DNA of 64,000 bases, from positions 62,001-126,000 of the IMG/VR virus record IMGVR_UViG_3300023174_000042. The stretch is one strand, 5' to 3'. Below are positions 57,001 through 64,000 of the stretch, in pieces. Every line of letters starts with the position of its first letter. The first letter of the stretch is position 1. Under the pieces are notes generated by a model, which worked only from the letters and a program-made list of their open reading frames with translations, did no database searches and was not told the DNA's origin. Both the position numbers and the translations under genes were made by a program.

Positions 57001-57387
57001 AACTGAACTTAAACACCAAACACCAATAGTTGATGGGTTTACGTTAGCCACAGTTGTTACAGACCAAGATGGTCCTGCGTCATAACCCGATAAACCAAGG
57101 ATTCTTGTAACAAATAATTGATTAGATTGTTGCAAGTATGCTTTAGCGATATAAGATGCTTCATATTTAGGAATTTGAGTGTTTACAAATTTTTCTGGTG
57201 AAGTCCCACCAAACACCGTTTCAAATTCCGTGAAATTTGTTATAAAAATAGGTTCGAAAGCCGGACCTATTAAAGTTTCACCAACAATACCTAATGTAGT
57301 TACACCAACACTTTGAGCCACAAAGCTTAGGTCAACTTCAGAAGTATACACACCGGGCGAAACAAAAACCTTACTGTTAGTTGCCAT
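54037..57387 (-). CDS. Tail sheath protein (gp18-like) with a large insertion, 1116 aa
   Basis: SPGVYTSEVDLS, FGGTSPE, ATYYPW, PWFAAAG..RG, INPI, VIWGNKTL...DRINVRRL, IKPTRALEFI. Confidence 0.93.
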   Translation of the reverse strand: MATNSKVFVSPGVYTSEVDLSFVAQSVGVTTLGIVGETLIGPAFEPIFITNFTEFETVFGGTSPEKFVNTQIPKYEASYIAKAYLQQSNQLFVTRILGLSGYDAGPSWSVTTVANVNPSTIGVWCLSSVTDYTTCETTCVTPKELAFTVPFTACTNSVTTIGYNADFPDEIQDILYSQFEQFNGSTSTLDSQIRNLIFDVITDSNPYMAEDEYISYFGSIDTMDYNTLEGAGWTAATNVFNVPSVSLDDTSLTSPLNDAWYYALFTNTGNTHYSGYSFFTYVSGLTPYYPNPTPTPQATASPTPTPSFVNPCITPSPFTSPTPTPTPVNIDCYSGTIVGKIYYYTGTSYVNYDNVVVGTLRSRGISTYTNATNPKYSVTGTSDVTLNMTGQYSAVLKNPYSTFGVNVVDHFGTHYSFETSFTQNDPEYWTKVFGVTNFQKPRIEVPVFAEENFQSWLNYSWKKGYIRGLNPNLIALDSAQSGDPNSIGWYLDKWQTPVSPFVVSELRGNKVYDLFRFYTISDGDAANTLIKISIVNQSYNNLTFDVLIRDYFDTDSNPVVLEKFTNCGMDPGQNNFIGNKIGTLNGEYMLNSKYVMVEMSEDAPIDTLPCGFNGFNFRNYAGANSPFPIIKGKYDFPGEVIYNPPFGLSSGNDNALTSPGDNVRRVYLGISNSYGWDPSFFEYVGKRNPINSCDIEGLPFNFRSEGFHMDVNASGLTIGPEFSTSGEPRFVCGNSSFITEPESPTNVYYRLFARKFTFLVQGGFDGWDIYREWRTNTDEYQIGRRGFLNGACPSPRYPTAVGWGAFKEISLGDGTQNFANTDYYAYLLGQQTFANPEATNINVFVTPGIDYVNNSNLVEDAVQMIEFNRADSLYVCTTPDYDLYLPTTTGIDGFIYPTEAVNNLDNTGIDSNYTATYYPWVLTRDSVNNTQIYIPPTAEVTRNLALTDNIAFPWFAAAGYTRGIVNCIKARKKLTQEDRDILYVGRINPIATFSDVGTVIWGNKTLQIRESALDRINVRRLLLQARKLISAVSIRLLFEQNDAQVRQDFLNAVNPILDAIRRDRGLYDFRVTVSSSPEDLDRNQLTGKIYIKPTRALEFIDITFYITPTGASFENI

Positions 57388-57510
57388 ATTGTAAAATACT
57401 TTTAATTATTTATTTTTTTTTTATAAATACTTTGATTTTTATCAAAAACTTTACTTGGTAAAAAGTATTTATATCTTGGTATGATTTTATTCTGCCTTTT
57501 TTCTACCACT

Positions 57511-57675
57511 ATGGATAAAGACGTAAAGACGATAAAAAATTTAAAAATAGACGCTAAGGTCCATGATATCCTAAAAAAATATTGTGACAAACGGGGTATT
57601 AAAATGTATAAGTTTTTAGAAAATCTTATTGTGGAAAAGTGTAAAGAAAAAAAAGATATATACGGAGAAATTTAA
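57511..57675 (+). CDS. Small ribbon-helix-helix-like transcriptional regulator
   Basis: MDKDVKTIKNLKIDAKVHDILKKYCDKRGIKMYKFLENLI: beta strand plus two helices; divergent from the sheath gene; second ATG preferred over track start 57481. Confidence 0.6.
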   Translation: MDKDVKTIKNLKIDAKVHDILKKYCDKRGIKMYKFLENLIVEKCKEKKDIYGEI

Positions 57676-58712
57676 ATAAGTTTTCTTGTATAAACCAATG
57701 TTGGGGTTTCGTTTGTTAAACCTATTGTTATATCAACTCTTAACTTATCTCCATCATTTATCTGAATCAAATCAACATCATCCCCATAATAATTGTCATT
57801 AATAAACACAGAATAATTTTCAATGTTGATAGATTTTTCAAAAAATAAATTACATGTGTAGTCAAAATGATATTCTGTAGTTGTTGCACTATTTGGGTAT
57901 TCTAAAGTAATTGACCCCAATTTGACAGGTTCTTGTTTTTTTTGTCGTCCTTTTACAGGACGAGAATCCACTTCAAACATTTGAAATGTTCTTGACAAAG
58001 CAGGAAATACTTCAAATTGTTCTTCATCAATTAAAAAACCCATCATAGTAAAATCGTATTTTTGAATGTAGTATTTTCTTTTCTCTAAATCTAAAACAGA
58101 TTCGTCTGAAAACGAATCATTAATAATAGGAATATAATGTCCATTTATAGTTTGATAAGCTTGTCGAGAAGCAAAAGTTTCCATGACTCTTTGATTTAAG
58201 GTATTTGCTTCTCTCATTCTGTTACAAACAATTGCCACCGTATATTTCAGATCAATTGGAACTGGTTGAGGTATTTTATAAATGTCGGCCCCTTCTCTAT
58301 TTCCATCCCAAGTCGGAACTTCCATGTAATAATACATCCTTCTAACTGGTATATTATATAAAACAGAAGGGTTATTTCCATATTTTACTTCAGGATTTCT
58401 AATGATTACCAAAAAGGGTGGTTCAACGTTTTTGTCAATATTTTGAAAATCCCATGTTTCAACAAATTGAGACCAATTTTGTGTTGTTATCAAAATATCA
58501 ACCACAGGTATTTTTTTTCCTTCAGAAACAATATTGAATTTTTCTTTAACAAAATCTAAAAACCCTTTATCTAAATCGGCATGAAGTAAGGATTTAGGAA
58601 GATAAGTTCCATCTTTAGTAATCATATCCTTTATTTGTTCTCTTCTTGGTAAAAGAGTTTTTGGATAATTTAAAGGTATAGATGGTTTAACTTGTTTTTT
58701 TGGTAATCCCAT
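57672..58712 (-). CDS. Tail terminator/sheath stabiliser, gp15-like
   Basis: DLDKGFLDF...KIPV...PVPIDLKYTVAI...LNQRVMETF; position between neck and sheath genes. Confidence 0.55.
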   Translation of the reverse strand: MGLPKKQVKPSIPLNYPKTLLPRREQIKDMITKDGTYLPKSLLHADLDKGFLDFVKEKFNIVSEGKKIPVVDILITTQNWSQFVETWDFQNIDKNVEPPFLVIIRNPEVKYGNNPSVLYNIPVRRMYYYMEVPTWDGNREGADIYKIPQPVPIDLKYTVAIVCNRMREANTLNQRVMETFASRQAYQTINGHYIPIINDSFSDESVLDLEKRKYYIQKYDFTMMGFLIDEEQFEVFPALSRTFQMFEVDSRPVKGRQKKQEPVKLGSITLEYPNSATTTEYHFDYTCNLFFEKSINIENYSVFINDNYYGDDVDLIQINDGDKLRVDITIGLTNETPTLVYTRKLI

Positions 58713-58729
58713 TATTTTATTTTAATATT

Positions 58730-59242
58730 TTATAATCCTCTAAATTCATTTGGACCAACAGGTGCCGCAATAATAGTGCGATAGAATGGTTTATAGCCTT
58801 TATATGTGTGTTTTATGTCTGAAATAACACGTCCATCATTTACTACGGTGTAATATCTAACAAAGTTTTCACTATCATAGTATCCTACATAATCCCCAAA
58901 ATCTATATCGATATTAAGGTCAGTTAATGTCTTCAAATAAACAGACATAGTAATGTTTCCTGGCTCTACTTGATCCAATTTTGTGGTTCCAAGTAATTTA
59001 TTTTCGGGGGACGCTATACCAACGTAAGCATTAAACTCAACTGGAGGTAAAAACTTAATACCATCTTCAACAACTTCACCGTAAACATCATCAGTCTTAA
59101 TCTTATTTCTATCAATCTTGTATAATATACAAGTGTAGTTCATATCACCAATTAACCATTCTTGACCCATTTCAATTTCCAACTCAAAATCACGGTCACC
59201 AAAAAATTTACCAAGTCTTGTAATAGGGACATTATTTCGCAT
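58730..59242 (-). CDS. Neck/head-completion protein, gp14-like
   Basis: ILYKID...DDVYGE...F.PPVEFNAYV, DIDFGD; position upstream of the gp15-like gene. Confidence 0.55.
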   Translation of the reverse strand: MRNNVPITRLGKFFGDRDFELEIEMGQEWLIGDMNYTCILYKIDRNKIKTDDVYGEVVEDGIKFLPPVEFNAYVGIASPENKLLGTTKLDQVEPGNITMSVYLKTLTDLNIDIDFGDYVGYYDSENFVRYYTVVNDGRVISDIKHTYKGYKPFYRTIIAAPVGPNEFRGL

Positions 59243-59256
59243 AAAAAAGGTTTTTC

Positions 59257-59285
59257 TTGATAAATATACAATTATTGATTATCTT
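59257..59285 (+). promoter_or_regulatory. Sigma70-like promoter overlapping a divergent late promoter
   Basis: TTGATA (59257-59262)-17 nt-TATCTT (59280-59285) on plus; TATTTAT on minus at 59266-59260. Confidence 0.5.
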
Positions 59286-59301
59286 TTTTAAAAGACTAAC
59301 T

Positions 59302-61062
59302 TTGGAAACTCAAAAGTCGCTTATAGAGTATAAAGCCATAGATATACTTGCCACTTATAGTGGTTCCAATAACTATATATTATATTTAAAAAACAAAAAA
59401 GAGTCTTCTTCAAAATTTTTTCCAACAAGAACACAAGCAGAATACATCGTAAATTATTCAAACACTGTTCCCAAAATCGCAAGAAAATGGGTTGAATTGG
59501 ATTCGTATTTTTCTAAGAAATTTGCGGAGGAAAAATATTTTATACAAACACCAAAAGAAATTTATATTGAGAAGTTATTAGTAGAAAAAGAAAAATCTTA
59601 TCATGTTTGGGCTAAATTTTTTGAAAAAGATCAACTATCGGAGTTTTGGATACCAAAATCCGCTCTTATTAAAAGTCATAACACCCAATCTGTTAATGTT
59701 GATTATTTGAAATATTCACATAGACCTCCTTTAGATCATCAAAAAATAGCAATTGAAAAACTAGCAGGGTCTAAAAGATTTATTTTGGCAGACGACATGG
59801 GTTTGGGGAAAACCACATCAACAATTATTGCGGCTCTTGAGACCGGAGCAAAAAAAATATTAATTGTTTGTCCTGCGTCTTTAAAGATAAATTGGCAAAG
59901 AGAAATCGAAAATTATTCCAATAGACCAGTTTTTATCGCAGAAGGAAAAAAATTTTCAACGGACCATGATTTTGTAATAATAAATTATGACATCTTAAAA
60001 AACTTTCATGACACAAAAGAAAAAGAAAATTCGTTATTAGAAAAATCTAATTTTGATTTAGTAATACTTGATGAAGCCCACATGATATCAAATGGTCAGG
60101 CTCAAAGAACAAAAATTATAAATAGTTTTGTAAAAAAAATAGATAAAGTTTGGTTATTAACAGGAACACCAATGACATCTCGACCTATGAATTATTATAA
60201 TCTATTAAACATAATAGAAAGTCCTGTTGCTCAAAATTGGAAGGCTTATGCGATTCGTTATTGTCAGGGATTTCAGTTTACGGCTGGTAAAAGAAAAGTA
60301 TGGAATGTATCGGGAGCGTCTAATTTAGAAGAATTAAGAGATAGAACTTCAAAACAAATATTAAGAAGACTTAAAGAAGATGTGTTAGATCTACCTGACA
60401 AAATTATAACACCAGTTTATTTGAGATTGAAATCAAAAGAATACGAAGAACTGATGGGTGATTATTATGATTGGTATGATAAAAACCCCGAAGAGTCATC
60501 ATCACTTACGGTTCAGTTTTCAAAGTTAATGAAAGTTAGAAAAGTAATCGCGAATGAAAAAACAAAACAAACTATTGAGTTTGCTGAAAACATAATAGAT
60601 CAAGGAAAAAAAGTTATTATATTTACAAACTTCACAGACACACTTCAGACAATACACCATCATTTTGGAAAACAATCTGTTTATCTTGACGGAAGTTGTT
60701 CTAATTCAGTTCGCCAACAAGCCGTCGACTTATTTCAAAATGATGAAAAAATTAAAGTCTTTGTTGGAAATTTAAAAGCGGCGGGAGTTGGTTTAACTCT
60801 AACAAGAGCAGAGGCGGTTATTATGAACGACTTATCTTTTGTTCCCGCAGAACATGCGCAAGCCGAGGACAGAGCATATCGTTATGGTCAAAAATCAAAC
60901 GTATTGGTTTATTATCCTTTGTTTGAAAATACTATTGAAGGGGTTATTTATGATATATTAAATAAGAAAAAACAAATCATTAGAACCGTTATGGGTGATG
61001 AAATACAAGAAAATGTTGGTGATGTTGCCGAGGAAATATTAAATCTAATCAACAAAAGGTGA
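59302..61062 (+). CDS. SNF2-family (HARP/SMARCAL1-like) helicase/annealing ATPase
   Basis: ILADDMGLGKT, LIVCPASLKINW, VILDEAH, LTGTP, RRLKEDVL, GVGLTL, QAEDRAYRYGQ; start placed at TTG 59302. Confidence 0.9.
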   Translation: METQKSLIEYKAIDILATYSGSNNYILYLKNKKESSSKFFPTRTQAEYIVNYSNTVPKIARKWVELDSYFSKKFAEEKYFIQTPKEIYIEKLLVEKEKSYHVWAKFFEKDQLSEFWIPKSALIKSHNTQSVNVDYLKYSHRPPLDHQKIAIEKLAGSKRFILADDMGLGKTTSTIIAALETGAKKILIVCPASLKINWQREIENYSNRPVFIAEGKKFSTDHDFVIINYDILKNFHDTKEKENSLLEKSNFDLVILDEAHMISNGQAQRTKIINSFVKKIDKVWLLTGTPMTSRPMNYYNLLNIIESPVAQNWKAYAIRYCQGFQFTAGKRKVWNVSGASNLEELRDRTSKQILRRLKEDVLDLPDKIITPVYLRLKSKEYEELMGDYYDWYDKNPEESSSLTVQFSKLMKVRKVIANEKTKQTIEFAENIIDQGKKVIIFTNFTDTLQTIHHHFGKQSVYLDGSCSNSVRQQAVDLFQNDEKIKVFVGNLKAAGVGLTLTRAEAVIMNDLSFVPAEHAQAEDRAYRYGQKSNVLVYYPLFENTIEGVIYDILNKKKQIIRTVMGDEIQENVGDVAEEILNLINKR

Positions 61063-61083
61063 TATTTATTTAATAAAAAAATT

Positions 61084-61791
61084 ATGCCAACTAAATTAGA
61101 TCAAAATCAAATATCAGGATTGAATGAAGAACTAAGTTCATTAGATTCAATAGACGCGTCTTTAGAAAAAAAAATTTCAGTAGAAGACTCTATCAATGAT
61201 GCGGTTGATGTGACATTAACAAATACAATATCTTTAAAACAAGACAAATTAGTTAGTGGGACAAATATAAAAACAATCAACGGAAATTCTTTACTTGGGA
61301 GTGGAAATTTGTCTGTTACAGCAACATCACCTATAACTCAAATTGGATATGGAACAGGAACTTCTGTTTCTAACACCACAACTGTTACTATATCAGCATC
61401 TTTATTAATACCCGCAGGAACTTTATCCACAGATCAAGTTTTAATGATTAGAGCAAAATCCATTAAGACCGCAGGAACAGGAACAAGTTGTGCTCGAATT
61501 CATATTAACACATCAAATAGTTTGGTTGGAGCAACTCAAATTGCTATTGCCGCAGCTCAATCGGGGGGGTCAACTTATATACAATCTTTTTGGAGAGACA
61601 TTTATTTTGACGGAACTTATTTACAATGTTATAACCCTTCAAACGCAATATCATCAGACATTACGTCAGGAAACATACAGCCAATTTCATTTAATAAAAA
61701 CGTAGATAATTATCTTATTTTTAGTGTAGGACATGCCGCTACAACAGATTCAATGAGCATAAAAAAATATAGCGTATTCAAATATGATTAA
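61084..61791 (+). CDS. Short fibre-like structural protein
   Basis: N-terminal coiled coil, KQDKLVSGTNIKTINGNSLLGSGNL fibre-type motif, beta-rich C-domain; TATTTAT at 61063-61069. Confidence 0.55.
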   Translation: MPTKLDQNQISGLNEELSSLDSIDASLEKKISVEDSINDAVDVTLTNTISLKQDKLVSGTNIKTINGNSLLGSGNLSVTATSPITQIGYGTGTSVSNTTTVTISASLLIPAGTLSTDQVLMIRAKSIKTAGTGTSCARIHINTSNSLVGATQIAIAAAQSGGSTYIQSFWRDIYFDGTYLQCYNPSNAISSDITSGNIQPISFNKNVDNYLIFSVGHAATTDSMSIKKYSVFKYD

Positions 61792-61984
61792 TTTAACAAA
61801 AACACAAAATGGATTTACTGTAAATGGTGTTGATTACATACTAAGTGGTGAGTCAGAAGTTTTTAATGAACAACAAGCAAATTTCCCAACAAATAAAGGT
61901 GTGTTATTTCTTGACACATCAGTATCAATAGACAACAGAAAATTTGACAACATTCAAAGTTTTATTGAAGAGTTATACAAATGA
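61784..61984 (+). CDS. Small hypothetical protein (possible fibre partner/chaperone)
   Basis: 66 aa, overlaps the stop of the preceding fibre-like gene. Confidence 0.6.
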   Translation: MINLTKTQNGFTVNGVDYILSGESEVFNEQQANFPTNKGVLFLDTSVSIDNRKFDNIQSFIEELYK

Positions 61985-62006
61985 TAAATTATAAATATTT
62001 ATCATT

Positions 62007-64000
62007 ATGAAAGTATCATTTCAATACGAAAATAAAGACTTTAAGAAATATTCAAATTTTGTTAACAGGTTTATAAAACTCCTACAAAAAGAATTTCCTT
62101 TAAAAAACGATGTAAAAATCTTTTTTTTAAATGACAAAAAGGGGGAAATGTCCACTGGAAGTAGAATGCCAAATAACATAATTAAGGTTTTGGTCGCCAA
62201 CAGATTAAATCGCGACATTATGAGAACTTTGGCTCACGAATGGGTTCATGAATATCAAATGGATGTTCAGAAAAGAAAACAAGGTCCTAATATTGGTGGT
62301 AAAAACGAAGATGAAGCAAATGCGTTTGCTGGTAGACTTATTAAAATGTTTGAAAAAGACAACCCTAACTTAGAGGAAATGATGTATGAACAAAAAGGTA
62401 TCAGAGGTAAAATTAGTTTAATTAACGAAGAAATAATAACTGAAGAGAAAAAAACGATAAAAGAAAACTTTTTGGTTGAGATGAAAAAAATTGGAATTGA
62501 AAAATTACCATATTCATACTCTTCCTTGTCAAGATTTATTGATTCTAAAACAATGAACGTCCATTACAATAAACATTACAAAGGATATGTTGACAAATTA
62601 AATAAAGCCATAAAAAAAATTGATGGAGATATGGATTTAGAAGAAATTATTAGATCCATATCAAAATTTGACAAAAATATTAGAAATAACGCAGGAGGTT
62701 CTTTTAATCACGCTTTATTTTGGAAAATGTTGTCACCAAAAAAACAATTACCAAAAGGGGAAATTCTTAAAAAGATAAACAAAGACTTTGGAAACATAAA
62801 AAAAATGAAAGACGAGTTTAATCAAGCGGCAAAAGATCGTTTTGGATCAGGTTGGGCTTGGTTATACCTTAGCAAAGACGGAAAATTGAAAATAATGTCC
62901 ACCCCAAATCAGGATAATCCACTTATGAATGTTGTTAAAAAAGGTGGATTTCCATTATTGGGTTTAGATGTTTGGGAACATGCTTATTATTTGAAATATC
63001 AAAACAAACGAGATGAATATATCAATAACTTTTGGAATGTTGTAAATTGGGAGTTTGTAAATGATTTATATTTGTCAAAAACAAAAAAAGAAAACATTAA
63101 AGAAAATGTTGAGTCTAAAGAAATTATAAATGAGATCAGCTCAACATTTGCATTTCCATACACAGCAAAACAATTAAGAGAATTAATTCATTCGCAGTAT
63201 GTAGGATGCCATGGTCAACAATATAAAAATGGATGTATAGGAAAGATCCAAACAAAAAAATGTAAAACAGATATTGGTGTTTTAGGCGGTGATTATGCAG
63301 AAAAAAAACACGGAGGAACAAGTCAATGGTCTGTAATCAATCGTTTTGACACCAATGGCAAAGTCAAAAAAGAGATTTACAATATTTGGCAAGAAGAAAC
63401 AGAAGGAGTAACAGATTTTAAAACATGGATTAAAGAACATGCATACGATCTTTTTTCAAATGAAGGAATGTATTTAGATAGATTGGCCGAAATAAACGTT
63501 GGGACTATAGAAATTGGTAAAGAAAATGAGGGATACGCAACAAGTATCATCAAACAAATATATAAATTAAATCCTGATGAAGAAGGTATAACTTACGAAA
63601 TATATGAACATTGTTCGGGAGATGTTAATGATAGAAAAAAAGGTCAAGATATAGTTTTAAAAATTAAAGGTCACGACACAATTTATTTTCAAGTCAAACC
63701 ATTTTTAAATCAAAATAACGATATTCAATATTTTGATGGTGGAGATAGAGGACATTATTTCAAAGTAAATTCTTGGAACACAAACAAAAAATATAAAGAA
63801 GAAAATGTTGATGTAATAGTGTATGTTGATAGATCTGAACAAAAATATATTATGTTTAGAAACGATCATAGTAAAATTTTAACAATAGGAACCTCAAGAA
63901 AAAACATACCATATTTTATATATTATTATGAAATGCCGCTCAAAAGTAATTTCCAAGTTCCATTACAAAAAGAAACATCAAGTGCTCCCGTAAAACAATT
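62007..64000 (+). CDS. sodA: Three-domain fusion (3' truncated): IrrE/ImmA-like HExxH metallopeptidase + Mn-type superoxide dismutase + PD-(D/E)xK nuclease-like domain
   Basis: Hand-translated ORF open from ATG 62007 to the window end (664 codons; absent from the track because it has no stop). LAHEWVHE...EDEANAFA; LPYSY...HYNKH..GYV, GGSFNHALFW, FGSGWAWL, NQDNP, DVWEHAYY; GKENE...DRKKGQD-x13-QVK. The symbol applies to the SOD domain only. Confidence 0.88.
   Translation, partial: MKVSFQYENKDFKKYSNFVNRFIKLLQKEFPLKNDVKIFFLNDKKGEMSTGSRMPNNIIKVLVANRLNRDIMRTLAHEWVHEYQMDVQKRKQGPNIGGKNEDEANAFAGRLIKMFEKDNPNLEEMMYEQKGIRGKISLINEEIITEEKKTIKENFLVEMKKIGIEKLPYSYSSLSRFIDSKTMNVHYNKHYKGYVDKLNKAIKKIDGDMDLEEIIRSISKFDKNIRNNAGGSFNHALFWKMLSPKKQLPKGEILKKINKDFGNIKKMKDEFNQAAKDRFGSGWAWLYLSKDGKLKIMSTPNQDNPLMNVVKKGGFPLLGLDVWEHAYYLKYQNKRDEYINNFWNVVNWEFVNDLYLSKTKKENIKENVESKEIINEISSTFAFPYTAKQLRELIHSQYVGCHGQQYKNGCIGKIQTKKCKTDIGVLGGDYAEKKHGGTSQWSVINRFDTNGKVKKEIYNIWQEETEGVTDFKTWIKEHAYDLFSNEGMYLDRLAEINVGTIEIGKENEGYATSIIKQIYKLNPDEEGITYEIYEHCSGDVNDRKKGQDIVLKIKGHDTIYFQVKPFLNQNNDIQYFDGGDRGHYFKVNSWNTNKKYKEENVDVIVYVDRSEQKYIMFRNDHSKILTIGTSRKNIPYFIYYYEMPLKSNFQVPLQKETSSAPVKQ

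Larger units (their letters stand above)
5186..62002. promoter_or_regulatory. Recurrent TATTTAT putative late promoter (dispersed)
   Basis: Minus: 5186, 7293, 14642, 23993, 26365, 27370, 28001, 29059, 32395, 37099, 49597, 51497, 53067, 53974, 57423, 59260; plus: 61063, 61996; all 4-35 nt before a start codon. Confidence 0.7.

Noticed and set aside
57402-57590. 62-aa minus-strand ORF upstream of the sheath gene
   Set aside because: Spans the divergent promoter region and is antisense to the RHH-like gene; low-complexity product
59297-59304. TAACTTTG as a Bacteroidota-type -7 promoter
   Set aside because: Single occurrence that overlaps the probable TTG start codon, with no matching upstream TTTG at the expected spacing
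62021-63321. Track ORFs 62021-62218 and 63136-63321 on the minus strand
   Set aside because: Antisense to the long plus-strand peptidase-SOD-nuclease ORF that the track omitted
1-64000. Stop-codon reassignment (common in some large phages)
   Set aside because: Coding density is near complete in the standard code, and genes end at TAA, TAG (16618, 24051) and TGA (18417, 26598) with sensible C-termini and start-stop overlaps
1-64000. CRISPR array, tRNA/rRNA genes, DGR or retron
   Set aside because: Intergenic gaps are short (mostly under 140 nt) and are explained by terminators or promoters; I saw no repeat-spacer periodicity, cloverleaf or reverse transcriptase motifs. Inspection was by eye only

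Overview
This window is a fragment of an AT-rich (roughly 30% GC by eye) T4-like jumbo myophage genome read in the standard code; TAA, TAG and TGA all end genes. Most genes are on the minus strand. A contractile-tail module (neck/terminator, sheath, tube, tail assembly chaperone, tape measure, tube initiator, LysM/gp53, giant hub, gp25, gp6, gp7-like wedge, and Cys-rich fibre/adhesin proteins with SprB, PKD and Pro/Thr repeats) is interrupted by a replication block (gp32 SSB, UvsX/RecA, 5'-3' exonuclease, DnaB, class II RNR, free-standing GIY-YIG endonuclease). Five observations stand out. (1) A glycosyltransferase with the motif series of plant extensin O-glycosyltransferases (SGT1/HPAT) sits among virion genes carrying mucin/extensin-like PTPT and poly-Thr tracts, suggesting a phage protein O-glycosylation system. 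(2) An ORF missed by the track (62007 to the window end) fuses an IrrE/ImmA-like metallopeptidase, a Mn-type SOD and a PD-(D/E)xK nuclease-like domain through linkers full of I/L-x-E sites. The same sites mark the N-termini of several other late genes, suggesting protease-processed capsid cargo. (3) A probable +1 frameshift (TTT TTT CGG) would extend the tail assembly chaperone. (4) A hairpin hides the RBS of the homing endonuclease and carries a late promoter in its loop. (5) A recurrent TATTTAT motif precedes late genes. All functional calls rest on motif recognition by eye; no database searches were run.
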